64,000 nucleotides of DNA from Candidatus Latescibacterota bacterium (GTDB taxonomy: Bacteria > Latescibacterota > UBA2968). The notes under the pieces were generated by a model that was given only the letters and a program-made list of their open reading frames with translations, did no database searches and was not told the origin of the DNA. The number at the start of each line of letters is the position of its first letter. Within the stretch, counting starts at the first letter, position 1. Below are positions 11,879 through 21,109 of the stretch, one piece after another. The stretch covers positions 4,352,001 through 4,416,000 of the forward strand of contig OZ240241.1 of the NCBI GenBank assembly GCA_965198115.1, given 5' to 3'. The position numbers and the translations under genes were made by a program.

Positions 11879-12610
11879 TCAGTGGCCGCCGTGCATCGGC
11901 TCGAGACCAAACAGCTTGCGCCGATCCGACGTCGTGAGCCTATCCGCAATCGACGCATAGCGATCGGCGCCGATCTTGCCTTCGCTCCACTTCTCGTAGA
12001 TCAAGATGATCGACTTCCTCGCGATCCCCGTCGTGTTCACCATCGACGTGTGCCATCCGTAGGAATTGAACAGAATGGCGTCACCAGCCTTGCCCGGGAA
12101 GACCTTGTGGCCCGGCATTGCATTCAGAGGACTCGGTTTTGGACACGGTCCCGCATCCGGTTTATGACTCCCCGGTACGTAGCCGAAGGCGCCACCCTCC
12201 TTCGGCACGTCCTCGATGTAGATCTGCACTTTCATGTGAAGTGGCGTCGTGTGGGGAACATCCGGGTGCCAGCCCACGTAGCTGATCGGCTGTGCGGGCA
12301 AGGTGCGCACCTGGGGACCCAGGAGGATCAACTCGTCATCCGTGAAGTCCATCAGATACGGATACCACACCGGATGGTCGATCAGATCGATGAAGAAGTC
12401 GTCTCGTTCCAACGGATTTGGAATGTCGAAATGCGCAGCCGGCTTCGTGCCTTGTGCGATTCCCTCGAGCCATTCCGCTTTGCAGTCACGCGCGGCACGG
12501 TCGAACACATCCTGCAGTCGCTTCAGCTCTTCACATACCAGAGCCTGCTCGAACACCAGATACCCGTTTTCTTCCCAGAACACCCGCTCTCCAGCCGTTG
12601 GACCGCTCAA
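11879..12610 (-). CDS. Phytanoyl-CoA dioxygenase (PhyH) family 2OG-Fe(II) oxygenase
   Basis: FWEENGYLV, WHPD (HxD), GGAFGYVPGSHK, KAGDAILF...WHTS..N. Confidence 0.88.
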   Translation of the reverse strand: MSGPTAGERVFWEENGYLVFEQALVCEELKRLQDVFDRAARDCKAEWLEGIAQGTKPAAHFDIPNPLERDDFFIDLIDHPVWYPYLMDFTDDELILLGPQVRTLPAQPISYVGWHPDVPHTTPLHMKVQIYIEDVPKEGGAFGYVPGSHKPDAGPCPKPSPLNAMPGHKVFPGKAGDAILFNSYGWHTSMVNTTGIARKSIILIYEKWSEGKIGADRYASIADRLTTSDRRKLFGLEPMHGGH

Positions 12611-12750
12611 AGACGTTCCCCCTATGAATAGCCTATCTAACTTCTGTAACTGCCTGTCCCAGAGTGCGAGTTGATCAGAATCTTACGGGTTCAAGATGCT
12701 TTTTCGAACTCCCTCCCGGGCAGGGGCGCGAGATTCCTGGATTCGTCACC

Positions 12751-12815
12751 CTCTGTGTTCTCAGCCTGCCCTGAGTAGCCTGCGAAGCAGGCGTATCGAA
12801 GGGTGTGCTCAGTGG
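12751..12815. repeat. Nested REP-like elements
   Basis: CCTGCCCTGAGTAGCCTGCGAAGCAGGCGTATCGAAGGG (12765-12803) flanked by CTCTGTGTTCTCAG and TGTGCTCAGTGG. Confidence 0.6.
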
Positions 12816-12832
12816 CTGTCTTGTTTTTCACA

Positions 12833-15800
12833 TTACCGATAAACGATCAGCTTCTCTTTCGCCCGCACTTTCGAGTCAGCGGTCTCTGCCGTCACCGTGT
12901 AAAGGTATGTGCCATTCGCCGGGCGACGTCCATCCGAATCGAGACCGTCCCACGCAACCTGGTTATACCCCGCTCGGCTCGAAAGCACATCGATGACGCG
13001 TATCAGCCGACCGGCCAGCGTGAACACACGGACCGTCACGTCGGCCGGCTGTGACAGCACGAAGGTAAACGTCGTCGGCCCTTCCATCGGGTTGGGATAG
13101 TTCAACACACGCTCGATCGCCAGCTCGGACAGTACTTGGAAGGCCAGGGTCTTTGTCACGGGTCCGTTGCCGACGCGATCCGATGTCGTAATCGAAAGGA
13201 CGTAGGCATCGTCGCCGAGCGTCTCCGGCTGATACGTGAAAACATAAGACGTGGGGCTGATCACGCCCTCACCGACCTCTGCCGAGGGCAGCTGGACCGC
13301 CTGGTGGGATCCGTCGTTGGTGCCTCTGAGATCGATCGACGTCGCACGCTCGTCCACACCGCTCGAATCCGAAATGACGACCCGGAACGTCGTGGTGGCC
13401 GGCAGGTAGTCGTCGGCACGCACATCCCCGAGGGCGTCGACTGCCGAAATCTCGATGACCGGCGGCTGCTGATCCCCGGTTCCCAGAATTTCCACCGGTT
13501 CGTCCGCTTGAAGACGTGTCGCGAAGAACTGCGGTCGCCCCTGAACATCCTCGACCTGCACCGTCACCGTGTGGATACCGGGGAACTGACCCGTCTCCCA
13601 ACGGGTCTGGATGGTGCGTCGATTCCCGATCGGCGTGTCTTCGGGAATCGCAATGCGGCGAATCAGCCGCCCCGACGAAGGCGGCCCGGCGTAGAACGAC
13701 ACGGTCGTGCCGATCACCAGATCACTCGGACCCAGGTTCTGGACGTCGACCGCCAGGTCGATCGGCTCCAGTTCCACGACCGACGTAGCCGACTGGGTCA
13801 GATTCGACAGCCGAATCTCACTCACGGGCTCGTAACGGACTTCCCAACTCCCGAGCGAAGGCGTTCGGTTCAGCCCGGGTGCTGAAAGACGCAGGCGCAG
13901 ACGAACCCGCTCGATCGTCGAATCCAGACCCATCAGATCGATCGGCCCTCGAGGGTCCAGATCGGTCATCGAAGCAACCTCCAAGTAGAGACCCCCGGGG
14001 CCTTCACCTAGAACGTCCAGAAGCGCCTGCCTGTCCTGAGCGGAGTCGAAGGGCCCACCCTGAGCGGGGTCGAAAGGTCCGCCTGCGTCAGTTACAGCGA
14101 TGTCTGCCGAACCCCACGCCTGGGCAGGACCGATCGGCAGGGACAGGATCACACCTTCATCCGGCAGCCGTCGTCCCTCGTAGCGGATGATGCCGGGCCC
14201 GTTGAGCTGCCCCATCCAGACTTTGTCGTTCACCCAGTCATATTGTCCGGACAGGATGTCCGTCTCCCCCTGATCGCTCTCGAACTCCTCGATGAAACGA
14301 CCGTCCACCGCGCTCACGACGCGAACACGATGGTTCACACCCGTCCCGAACTCCACGAGGTAGAGGTAGTCTCCATCCGCGATCACGCCATCCGTGAACT
14401 GGTAGGCGAACCCGGTCGACGTCGGCTCGACCTTGAAGCTCCGCAGGAGCCGCCAGTCGTCCTCCGGCCGAAAGACCCGAACCGTCCAACCCCCCCGAGC
14501 GATGCCGTTCACGCCCCACGCCACGTTGTAGACATCCGTTCCGTCCGACGTGATCAGCGACGAGCCGTTGAACACCAATCCCGTTTCCACTTCCAGGAGC
14601 CCGTCGGGCACGGCCACTCGATCGACCTCACCCGTCTCGGGACGAATACGCAAAAGCTCTCCCGACAATCGAATGTCGGCGTAAAGGAAACCGTCCCCGT
14701 GGAAGGTTGCAGAGGTTGTTTCAACCGGCACATCGGTCACGGGCCCCAGGTTCTGACCCGCCACGGTGCCGTTCAACCCCGTGCCGATTCGGATGAAGGT
14801 TTCGGGCGAGGGATAGAGACCGGCCGAGGAGAAGAAACCGGTCGCGTAAATGAACGTGCCGTCCGTCGCCAGGATAGCCGTGCCCGGTGTCCCCTCCGCC
14901 TCGAAAATGGCTTCCCGACGTTCGGCATCCAGCCGAAGCGTCAGCGGCTTCGTCGTTCTCCCAAGCGTCCCGTCCGCGTAGGTCTCGATCGTGTTGTCCG
15001 TCTGAATCTGGATCGCTGATTGGCGCCATAGAATCTCACGCTCCGGCAACGCCCCCTCGAGTCCGAAACTTCGCGGCGTCGTCCACGCGCCGGCATCGCC
15101 GCCGTCCAGCAGACGTCCCCGCCAGTACCAGATTCCGTCTTCCAGACCCGACGGCCGATAGATGACCACCTCGCCCTCGCCTGTCACCTCGCCCGATCGG
15201 ACCACCTCATTTCCCTCGAAGGACGCGTCGCGTGCCACCTCGAACTCTGCCGTGAGAGATGTCGCCGCCTGAGATCCGGTGCGGACACCAAGCCGGACGT
15301 CGTTCGGTGAAACACCCTGACTCTCGAGCGGAAACAGCGGAAGGGCGCTCAGGGCCCCGAATACTTCCACGTCACGAGACGCAGTATTGTCGGTCGGATC
15401 GGTATCGCCCGTTCTCGAGTCTGGATCAATCAGCGCATCCAGCCGATGACGGCCGGCGCGCCCTTCCAACGGCCACGCCACGACCAGACGCTCGGTCTGC
15501 CCGAAAGGCGGCAGGGTGCCTGCGAACAACGTGTCGACGCTGCCCTGATCCAGGTTGCGGTCGATCAGGAACACATCGACCGGTTCGCTCGGCAGAATGC
15601 CCTCATTCACGATGCTCAACTCGACACGAGCCGTGTCTGCTGCAGCCAGAATGCCCTCGGGGGCTACCGTCAGCGTCGTTTCGTCGACGGCGAAGTCCGG
15701 GCCCCCGGGAACACGCAGGTTCTGCGCCGGATCACCGATCAGCATCATCATCACCGTGCTGTTGTCACTGCCCGGCCGCTGCGTCAGCAGATCCGTCTTG

Positions 15801-18631
15801 GCCAGTGCCACCGCCGCCCCGAACGACGTCACACCTTCGCGGAAAAACAGCCGGAACATCGAATCGTTGATGAAATTGTTCGTAAAGATGAACGCGAGGG
15901 AGGACGCAGACAGGTAAGCGATCGCCCCACCGTTGGATTTGTTCGTCAGCTCCTCAGCGAAACAGATCAACGTCGGTTCCGAATACAGGGCGTTCAGACA
16001 CGACATTCCGACTACGACCGGAAGTTTGTCCTCGTTCTGAATCTGACCCGTGTAGTCGAAGCCGATTTGCTGAAAGACCCCCGAAAGGTAACCCTGCATC
16101 GTCGCCGCGCTGCCGTGACCCATGAAATTCACGATGAGCCGTCCCTCGTTCCACTGACGGATGACTTCACTCGAACTTTCGTTCGGAGCAGGCGGTGTGT
16201 CAGCGTCGTGATACACGCGAAAAGTCTCCAGCCCGAACGGCTCCGTATACTGCTCGATCAGGTTCTCGCTGTCCGCGATGAACAGACCGTCGCCCAGGGC
16301 GAGGTCCCAGTTGGCCATATAGAGCACCTTGTCCCGCCAGGCCGCTTCTTCTCCCTGGTCGTAACCGATCACCTTCTGCACGACCGTGTTCGCCTCGAGC
16401 GAACTGTTCACCGAAAAGCGCCCGACCCAGACATCCATGAACGGATCGTCACCCGCGACCGCCCCGAAGAAGTGATCCGTGTAGGCGATCCCGCGTCGAA
16501 TCGACTGAAATCTCATAGACGGAACGAGCGAGCGCCGTCTGAACCGCGCTTCGTCCATCAGATCACGATAGTCGAACGTATGGCGACCCATCAGCAGCAG
16601 ATACGTCGGACGTTCCAGCCACGTGGCGTAGGCGTGCAGCATAAAGTCGCGAATGGCCGTTTCGGTCAGGTGGCCGTGGGCGAACTCGTCGAAGATATCC
16701 TGAACGTCGACGATCATCGCGGTCAACCCCTCCGCACGACGGTGCTCAGCCAGCTGTTCCGAATGAACCTTGAACATCCCGTGCGTCACGATCACGTAGG
16801 CCGCACCCTGGCTTCCACGGAGGTCTGAACTCTCGTCCCGCTCTCCAGGGGGCGCGGGCTGAATCGCAGCCTCGTCGAACACGACGTAGGTGCCAGCGGA
16901 CCCGACTGCGAATCGGGCGACGAACTTCCCGCCATCCGCTGCTACGGCGACGTTCGTCAGCACCACTCCTCGGTCCCGATCCAGAACCGTAATGGCCTCG
17001 CTCCGCAGATCGACCACGTTGACGGCGCTGCCCGTCTCGGGCCCCGCGATACTGAACCGTAAAGCCCCATCCACGACCGTGAACGCACGGGGGTAGCTCA
17101 CCGCAATCCAGTTCAGCAGCACATTGTCGACATACGGCAACGCCAGAGGATCCGACGGGAAATAGCTCGGGTCGCCTGGTGTCGACAGCGTCACACGAAG
17201 AGTATCCCCCAGGCCGCTCGGTTCGATCTCGCCTTCAGCGATGAACAAGTCGGACCCGTCCCACGCATCTTCACTCACAACCACGCTGTCGTCTACCACG
17301 ATCCGGGTTCGATGATCGGGATCCAGATCCTGACGTGACGTCAGTCCGTGCATCGAAACGCGGACACTCACACTCCCGCCATTCGTCGTCACGATGCCCG
17401 GGAGCGCGATCTCCTGTACCGCATCGAACTGTGTGGCGCCCGGTGCCGACGGCGATGCCGTACGGGGGCCGAACCAGTGGTCTCGTTCGGCGTCGGGTGC
17501 GTTTCCCAGCCGCTCGTAGATCGAATCGACTTCCGCGTGCGCCGAACCCGGGAACGTGAGCGCCTCCGGAAGTGGATCATCGACGGACCCATCCTCGGCG
17601 GAATACCGTCGCCCGTTCGTCTGCCCGATGCGTAACCAGTAAACCCGTCCCCGCCCCTGATGGTTCTCGAAGTCCCGGTCGGGCTCCCTTCGGAAGCGAC
17701 CGTAGAAAATAGCACGATCCCCTTCTCCGAGGATCCCGTCCCCGTCGTCCCGAACCAGCAACGGCTCCTCCACGCCATCCACGAAGACCTGAAGTCGGTC
17801 GAGGTCATCGGGCACGAGGGACAGACCTGCCGCGTCGAACCAAGCTGCGTCCAACGCGTAAGCACCGTCTTCCGTAACCTGGATCTTGTACCAGTCCGAC
17901 AGAGGATCGTACCAATCACCCACCTGTTTGGTCGCCGGCGTCACTCGGCGACGCCAACGCCGGGCAGACTCGTAGTTCAACAACGACGCCCGGTAGCTCG
18001 CCTCGAACGGATGGGTTGGCGATTCGTCGGAAGGGGTCAGGATGGTGGGACGTCGGAGAGTCGGCGTGAACGAAAGACGCACCGTCATCCGCTGGGCAAT
18101 GCGGAGTGCCCGGCGAACGGGATGGTACTGAATCGGGCGAATCGACAGCGAGACCACCCGTTGGTCGCGAAGCATCCCGATTCGGGTTACCAGGACCGGC
18201 TCCTCGGGCAGAAATCCATCGGTCGAGTAGACATCCCGGCGTGCACGGTAAGAGACACCCCCGACGACACCCAGATCGCGTCCCCGGACCTTCACATCCG
18301 GCACAGGATGAACATCGATTTCCTCGATCGAATCGTAACGGACATCGAGGACGGTCGCCTGGACGTTCACACCGAATGGGACACCGACCAGCGCCCCGAC
18401 CTCGGGAATCGACGGGTGCCCCGGGAGATCCGGGGGAACGCCGCCCGCGACAGAGACCCGGTAATACGGACGGCCATCGAGCGTCACCCCCGAAATGTCG
18501 TAGCCGACTGCTGTCACTTCCAGCGTCACCCCCGTATCGTCGGACGCGACAACACGCGGCCTCGCACTCTGGGCGAGCACGGATCCGATCGGGATCAGAA
18601 CCAGCAGACACACTTTGAAAAGGATCTTCAT
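12833..18631 (-). CDS. C25-family (gingipain/PorU-like) cysteine peptidase with propeptide, CARDB/Ig domains and FlgD-like C-terminal domain
   Basis: Signal peptide MKILFKVCLL; C25 propeptide; YVIVT...LAEHR..EGL..VDVQDIFDEF; catalytic NFMGHGS and GMSCLN; GGAIAY; LIGDP; C-terminal VLNYPNP...WDGLDSDG...NGTYLY...KEKLIVYR. Confidence 0.88.
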   Translation of the reverse strand: MKILFKVCLLVLIPIGSVLAQSARPRVVASDDTGVTLEVTAVGYDISGVTLDGRPYYRVSVAGGVPPDLPGHPSIPEVGALVGVPFGVNVQATVLDVRYDSIEEIDVHPVPDVKVRGRDLGVVGGVSYRARRDVYSTDGFLPEEPVLVTRIGMLRDQRVVSLSIRPIQYHPVRRALRIAQRMTVRLSFTPTLRRPTILTPSDESPTHPFEASYRASLLNYESARRWRRRVTPATKQVGDWYDPLSDWYKIQVTEDGAYALDAAWFDAAGLSLVPDDLDRLQVFVDGVEEPLLVRDDGDGILGEGDRAIFYGRFRREPDRDFENHQGRGRVYWLRIGQTNGRRYSAEDGSVDDPLPEALTFPGSAHAEVDSIYERLGNAPDAERDHWFGPRTASPSAPGATQFDAVQEIALPGIVTTNGGSVSVRVSMHGLTSRQDLDPDHRTRIVVDDSVVVSEDAWDGSDLFIAEGEIEPSGLGDTLRVTLSTPGDPSYFPSDPLALPYVDNVLLNWIAVSYPRAFTVVDGALRFSIAGPETGSAVNVVDLRSEAITVLDRDRGVVLTNVAVAADGGKFVARFAVGSAGTYVVFDEAAIQPAPPGERDESSDLRGSQGAAYVIVTHGMFKVHSEQLAEHRRAEGLTAMIVDVQDIFDEFAHGHLTETAIRDFMLHAYATWLERPTYLLLMGRHTFDYRDLMDEARFRRRSLVPSMRFQSIRRGIAYTDHFFGAVAGDDPFMDVWVGRFSVNSSLEANTVVQKVIGYDQGEEAAWRDKVLYMANWDLALGDGLFIADSENLIEQYTEPFGLETFRVYHDADTPPAPNESSSEVIRQWNEGRLIVNFMGHGSAATMQGYLSGVFQQIGFDYTGQIQNEDKLPVVVGMSCLNALYSEPTLICFAEELTNKSNGGAIAYLSASSLAFIFTNNFINDSMFRLFFREGVTSFGAAVALAKTDLLTQRPGSDNSTVMMMLIGDPAQNLRVPGGPDFAVDETTLTVAPEGILAAADTARVELSIVNEGILPSEPVDVFLIDRNLDQGSVDTLFAGTLPPFGQTERLVVAWPLEGRAGRHRLDALIDPDSRTGDTDPTDNTASRDVEVFGALSALPLFPLESQGVSPNDVRLGVRTGSQAATSLTAEFEVARDASFEGNEVVRSGEVTGEGEVVIYRPSGLEDGIWYWRGRLLDGGDAGAWTTPRSFGLEGALPEREILWRQSAIQIQTDNTIETYADGTLGRTTKPLTLRLDAERREAIFEAEGTPGTAILATDGTFIYATGFFSSAGLYPSPETFIRIGTGLNGTVAGQNLGPVTDVPVETTSATFHGDGFLYADIRLSGELLRIRPETGEVDRVAVPDGLLEVETGLVFNGSSLITSDGTDVYNVAWGVNGIARGGWTVRVFRPEDDWRLLRSFKVEPTSTGFAYQFTDGVIADGDYLYLVEFGTGVNHRVRVVSAVDGRFIEEFESDQGETDILSGQYDWVNDKVWMGQLNGPGIIRYEGRRLPDEGVILSLPIGPAQAWGSADIAVTDAGGPFDPAQGGPFDSAQDRQALLDVLGEGPGGLYLEVASMTDLDPRGPIDLMGLDSTIERVRLRLRLSAPGLNRTPSLGSWEVRYEPVSEIRLSNLTQSATSVVELEPIDLAVDVQNLGPSDLVIGTTVSFYAGPPSSGRLIRRIAIPEDTPIGNRRTIQTRWETGQFPGIHTVTVQVEDVQGRPQFFATRLQADEPVEILGTGDQQPPVIEISAVDALGDVRADDYLPATTTFRVVISDSSGVDERATSIDLRGTNDGSHQAVQLPSAEVGEGVISPTSYVFTYQPETLGDDAYVLSITTSDRVGNGPVTKTLAFQVLSELAIERVLNYPNPMEGPTTFTFVLSQPADVTVRVFTLAGRLIRVIDVLSSRAGYNQVAWDGLDSDGRRPANGTYLYTVTAETADSKVRAKEKLIVYR
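14035..14077. repeat. Two tandem REP-like units in frame within the C25 gene
   Basis: CCTGAGCGGAGTCGAAGGG and CCTGAGCGGGGTCGAAAGG, 24-nt period, encoding GGPFDPAQ-GGPFDSAQ. Confidence 0.8.
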
Positions 18632-18731
18632 GCGATCGTCACGGGTGTGAAAAAACCGGCATCCACGAGGACCCCGGCGGTTCAGGCATTTAAGCATAAT
18701 CGAAAAGGGTCGGCAAGAGTTCGCGTACAGC

Positions 18732-18762
18732 AAAAAGGCCCGGAACCGTGTGGCTCCGGGCC
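18732..18762 (-). terminator. Intrinsic terminator after epimerase
   Basis: GGCCCGGAGCC-loop-GGTTCCGGGCC followed by a T-tract on the minus strand. Confidence 0.75.
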
Positions 18763-18779
18763 TGAGAACGCCAGATCCC

Positions 18780-19754
18780 TCAGGATTCGTAGTATTCGAT
18801 GATCTTTCTCAACGTCAGGTCCAGACTCACCTGCGGTTCGTAGCCCACAGCGCCGTGAATTTTGGTCAAGTCCGGGACTCGATAGTTGAGATCCTCGTAG
18901 GACCCCTTCGCGAACGCCTTTTCATAGGGCACGTATTCGATCGGCGAGTCGCTCTCGGTCAGCTCCTTGACCCGATGGGCCAGCTTCTTGATGCTGATTT
19001 CGTTCGTTTCGGCGTTTCCGCCCAGGTTGAAGATCTCACCCGGCGTGTTGGGGTGCTCGGCAAGCGCGACGAGACCGTCCAGAGCATCCTCGATGTCCGT
19101 AAAGCATCTTTTCTGCTCGCCGTCGTTGTAAACCGTGATCGGGTGACCCAGCAGGGCTTGCTTGATAAAACGCGGAACCACCATCCCGTAGTTGGGCGAT
19201 TGGCGCGGGCCGATGACGTTGAAGAAACGCACGATCACGGCGGGGACTTTTTTCTCGCGCCAGTAGGCCAGCCCCAACATCTCGTCCACCGCCTTAGACG
19301 TCGAGTAGATCCATCGCGTCACCGTCGTCGGACCCAGTAGCCGGTCGTCGTCCTCCGAAAAACTGGCCTTACCGTTCTTTTTTCCCGCGACTTCCGACGT
19401 CGAAGCGAGAATGACGCGCTGCTTCCGCTTGTTCACCAGCTCCAGCAGGATCTCTGTCCCGCGAATGTTCGTCATCAGGGCGTGCAGGGGATTGTCGATC
19501 ACATAGTTCACCCCGACGGCAGCTGCCAGATGGAAAATCACATCCGCGTCTTCCACGAGCGGGGCGAGCGCATCGTGATCCAGAACGGTCCCAACCTTCA
19601 TCTTGAACCGGCAGTCATCCTCCAGATGCCGGACATTGTCCAAATCCCCCGTCGACAGATCGTCGAACACCGTCACTTCGTGGCCGGTTTTCAAAAGCCG
19701 CTCGCCCAGGTGGGACCCGATAAATCCGGCACCCCCCGTGATCAAGATCTTCAT
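18780..19754 (-). CDS. NAD-dependent nucleotide-sugar epimerase/dehydratase (extended SDR)
   Basis: ILITGGAGFIGSHL, FHLAAAVGV, YSTSK (YxxxK), RFFNVIGPRQ. Confidence 0.92.
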   Translation of the reverse strand: MKILITGGAGFIGSHLGERLLKTGHEVTVFDDLSTGDLDNVRHLEDDCRFKMKVGTVLDHDALAPLVEDADVIFHLAAAVGVNYVIDNPLHALMTNIRGTEILLELVNKRKQRVILASTSEVAGKKNGKASFSEDDDRLLGPTTVTRWIYSTSKAVDEMLGLAYWREKKVPAVIVRFFNVIGPRQSPNYGMVVPRFIKQALLGHPITVYNDGEQKRCFTDIEDALDGLVALAEHPNTPGEIFNLGGNAETNEISIKKLAHRVKELTESDSPIEYVPYEKAFAKGSYEDLNYRVPDLTKIHGAVGYEPQVSLDLTLRKIIEYYES

Positions 19755-19996
19755 TCTGATCCCTTCCCCCACAATGGCCGGACATCGCCACGGCATACGA
19801 CAGATTCACACCAGAAAGAGCGCGAGACCTCGCGTCGACAAGGGCATCACGGCCGTGAACGACGGCGCGCGGGGTCACACGAAACCTGCAAAAGCGCCGG
19901 CCGATGGACCGACAACGGGCTGCCAAACCCACCTAATGTAGGCTCGGTTCCCCTCAGATGCAACACAATCGCGTAGAACCCTGAAAAAACTGCGAT

Positions 19997-21109
19997 TTAG
20001 GCTCGCTTTTCGAACCTGGTTGGGGCCCGGGATGCCCCCCCGACCGAGGAAAAGAGTGAAAAAAGGCGATCGGCCGCTCGGTCGAGCGCGTAGCACCTTT
20101 CCATCTTGCTGCGTCCGGCTCGCCCCATTTTCCGGCGCAACGCCGCGTCATTGATCAGGCCGTTCAGGTGGCTCACCCACTCGGCACCCGAGGACGCCAG
20201 GAAGCCGCTGACCCCGTGGTCGACCAGCCGGGAATTCACCCCCACCGGCGATGCCACCACGGGCAACCCCATCGCCGAATACTGGAGAATCTTGTAGCCG
20301 CCTTTTCCCTGTGTCCACGGATTGTCCGGAAGCGGCATCAACCCGATGTCGAACGTCCTGAGATCGGCGACCTCCGTCTCCAGCGACCACTCTCGCTCGT
20401 CGACGGTCAGCCGTCCGAATTGAAGTCCCGAAGCGCCGACGATTCGCAGTACGAGCCCGGGATGCTGGTCTGCCAGCGTCTCGAGCGGCCCCCGTATCAG
20501 CTCGATATACTCGGCTGTAGAGGGACTACCGATCCATCCTATGACGACCGACGCTCCGTCTTCTCTAAGACCGGGATTGTAGCGTCGCGTGTCGATCGGA
20601 CCCGTGATAACCGTGGTCGACGTGCCACATCGTTCCGCATACCCTGCGGTGTACTCATTTTCGACAACGGCGTGCGCCGCCGCCGCCAGCACGGGCCCGA
20701 GCGATCGACCGTGGAACCAGCTCCTCAAACGCTCCAGACCCGTAGCCTCCACGCGCTCGGTCGTGAAGATCGCGTCATCGAAATCGTAGATGACCTTGTG
20801 TCGATGCCGACGCAGCAGAGTCGGAAGGGGAAAAGGGAAGAGAACGCGCTGGATGAAAATCACGTCGTAACAGGACGCACGAACTACCGTGCGCGTCCCT
20901 GCCTTCAGGTAGAGCCAGATGACAGTCACGTAGTACCAGAGCTTCCAGAAACGTCCGCGATCCACGCCCTTCGCATAGACCGAATCCGCTACAACGACCT
21001 TGACGTCGGGCTCCAGACCGCGGTCCCGCAGCAGCGGGAGATACTGAAACACACGTGTCCGACTGGCGGGATCACGAATACCGCTGCTCGCCAGAAAGAG
21101 AGCCTTCAT
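19997..21109 (-). CDS. Glycosyltransferase family 4 (GT-B)
   Basis: ASRTRVFQY, IYDFDDAIF, IGWIGS, DIGLMPL...GKGGYKILQYSAMGLPVVASPVG; ATGA overlap with the wzx stop. Confidence 0.88.
   Translation of the reverse strand: MKALFLASSGIRDPASRTRVFQYLPLLRDRGLEPDVKVVVADSVYAKGVDRGRFWKLWYYVTVIWLYLKAGTRTVVRASCYDVIFIQRVLFPFPLPTLLRRHRHKVIYDFDDAIFTTERVEATGLERLRSWFHGRSLGPVLAAAAHAVVENEYTAGYAERCGTSTTVITGPIDTRRYNPGLREDGASVVIGWIGSPSTAEYIELIRGPLETLADQHPGLVLRIVGASGLQFGRLTVDEREWSLETEVADLRTFDIGLMPLPDNPWTQGKGGYKILQYSAMGLPVVASPVGVNSRLVDHGVSGFLASSGAEWVSHLNGLINDAALRRKMGRAGRSKMERCYALDRAADRLFSLFSSVGGASRAPTRFEKRA

Noticed and set aside
15446-16828. Long antisense ORFs (also 2704-3750, 24175-25575, 28079-29335, 55069-56037, 59272-59898)
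   Set aside because: Shadow ORFs of GC-rich genes, with no recognisable motifs
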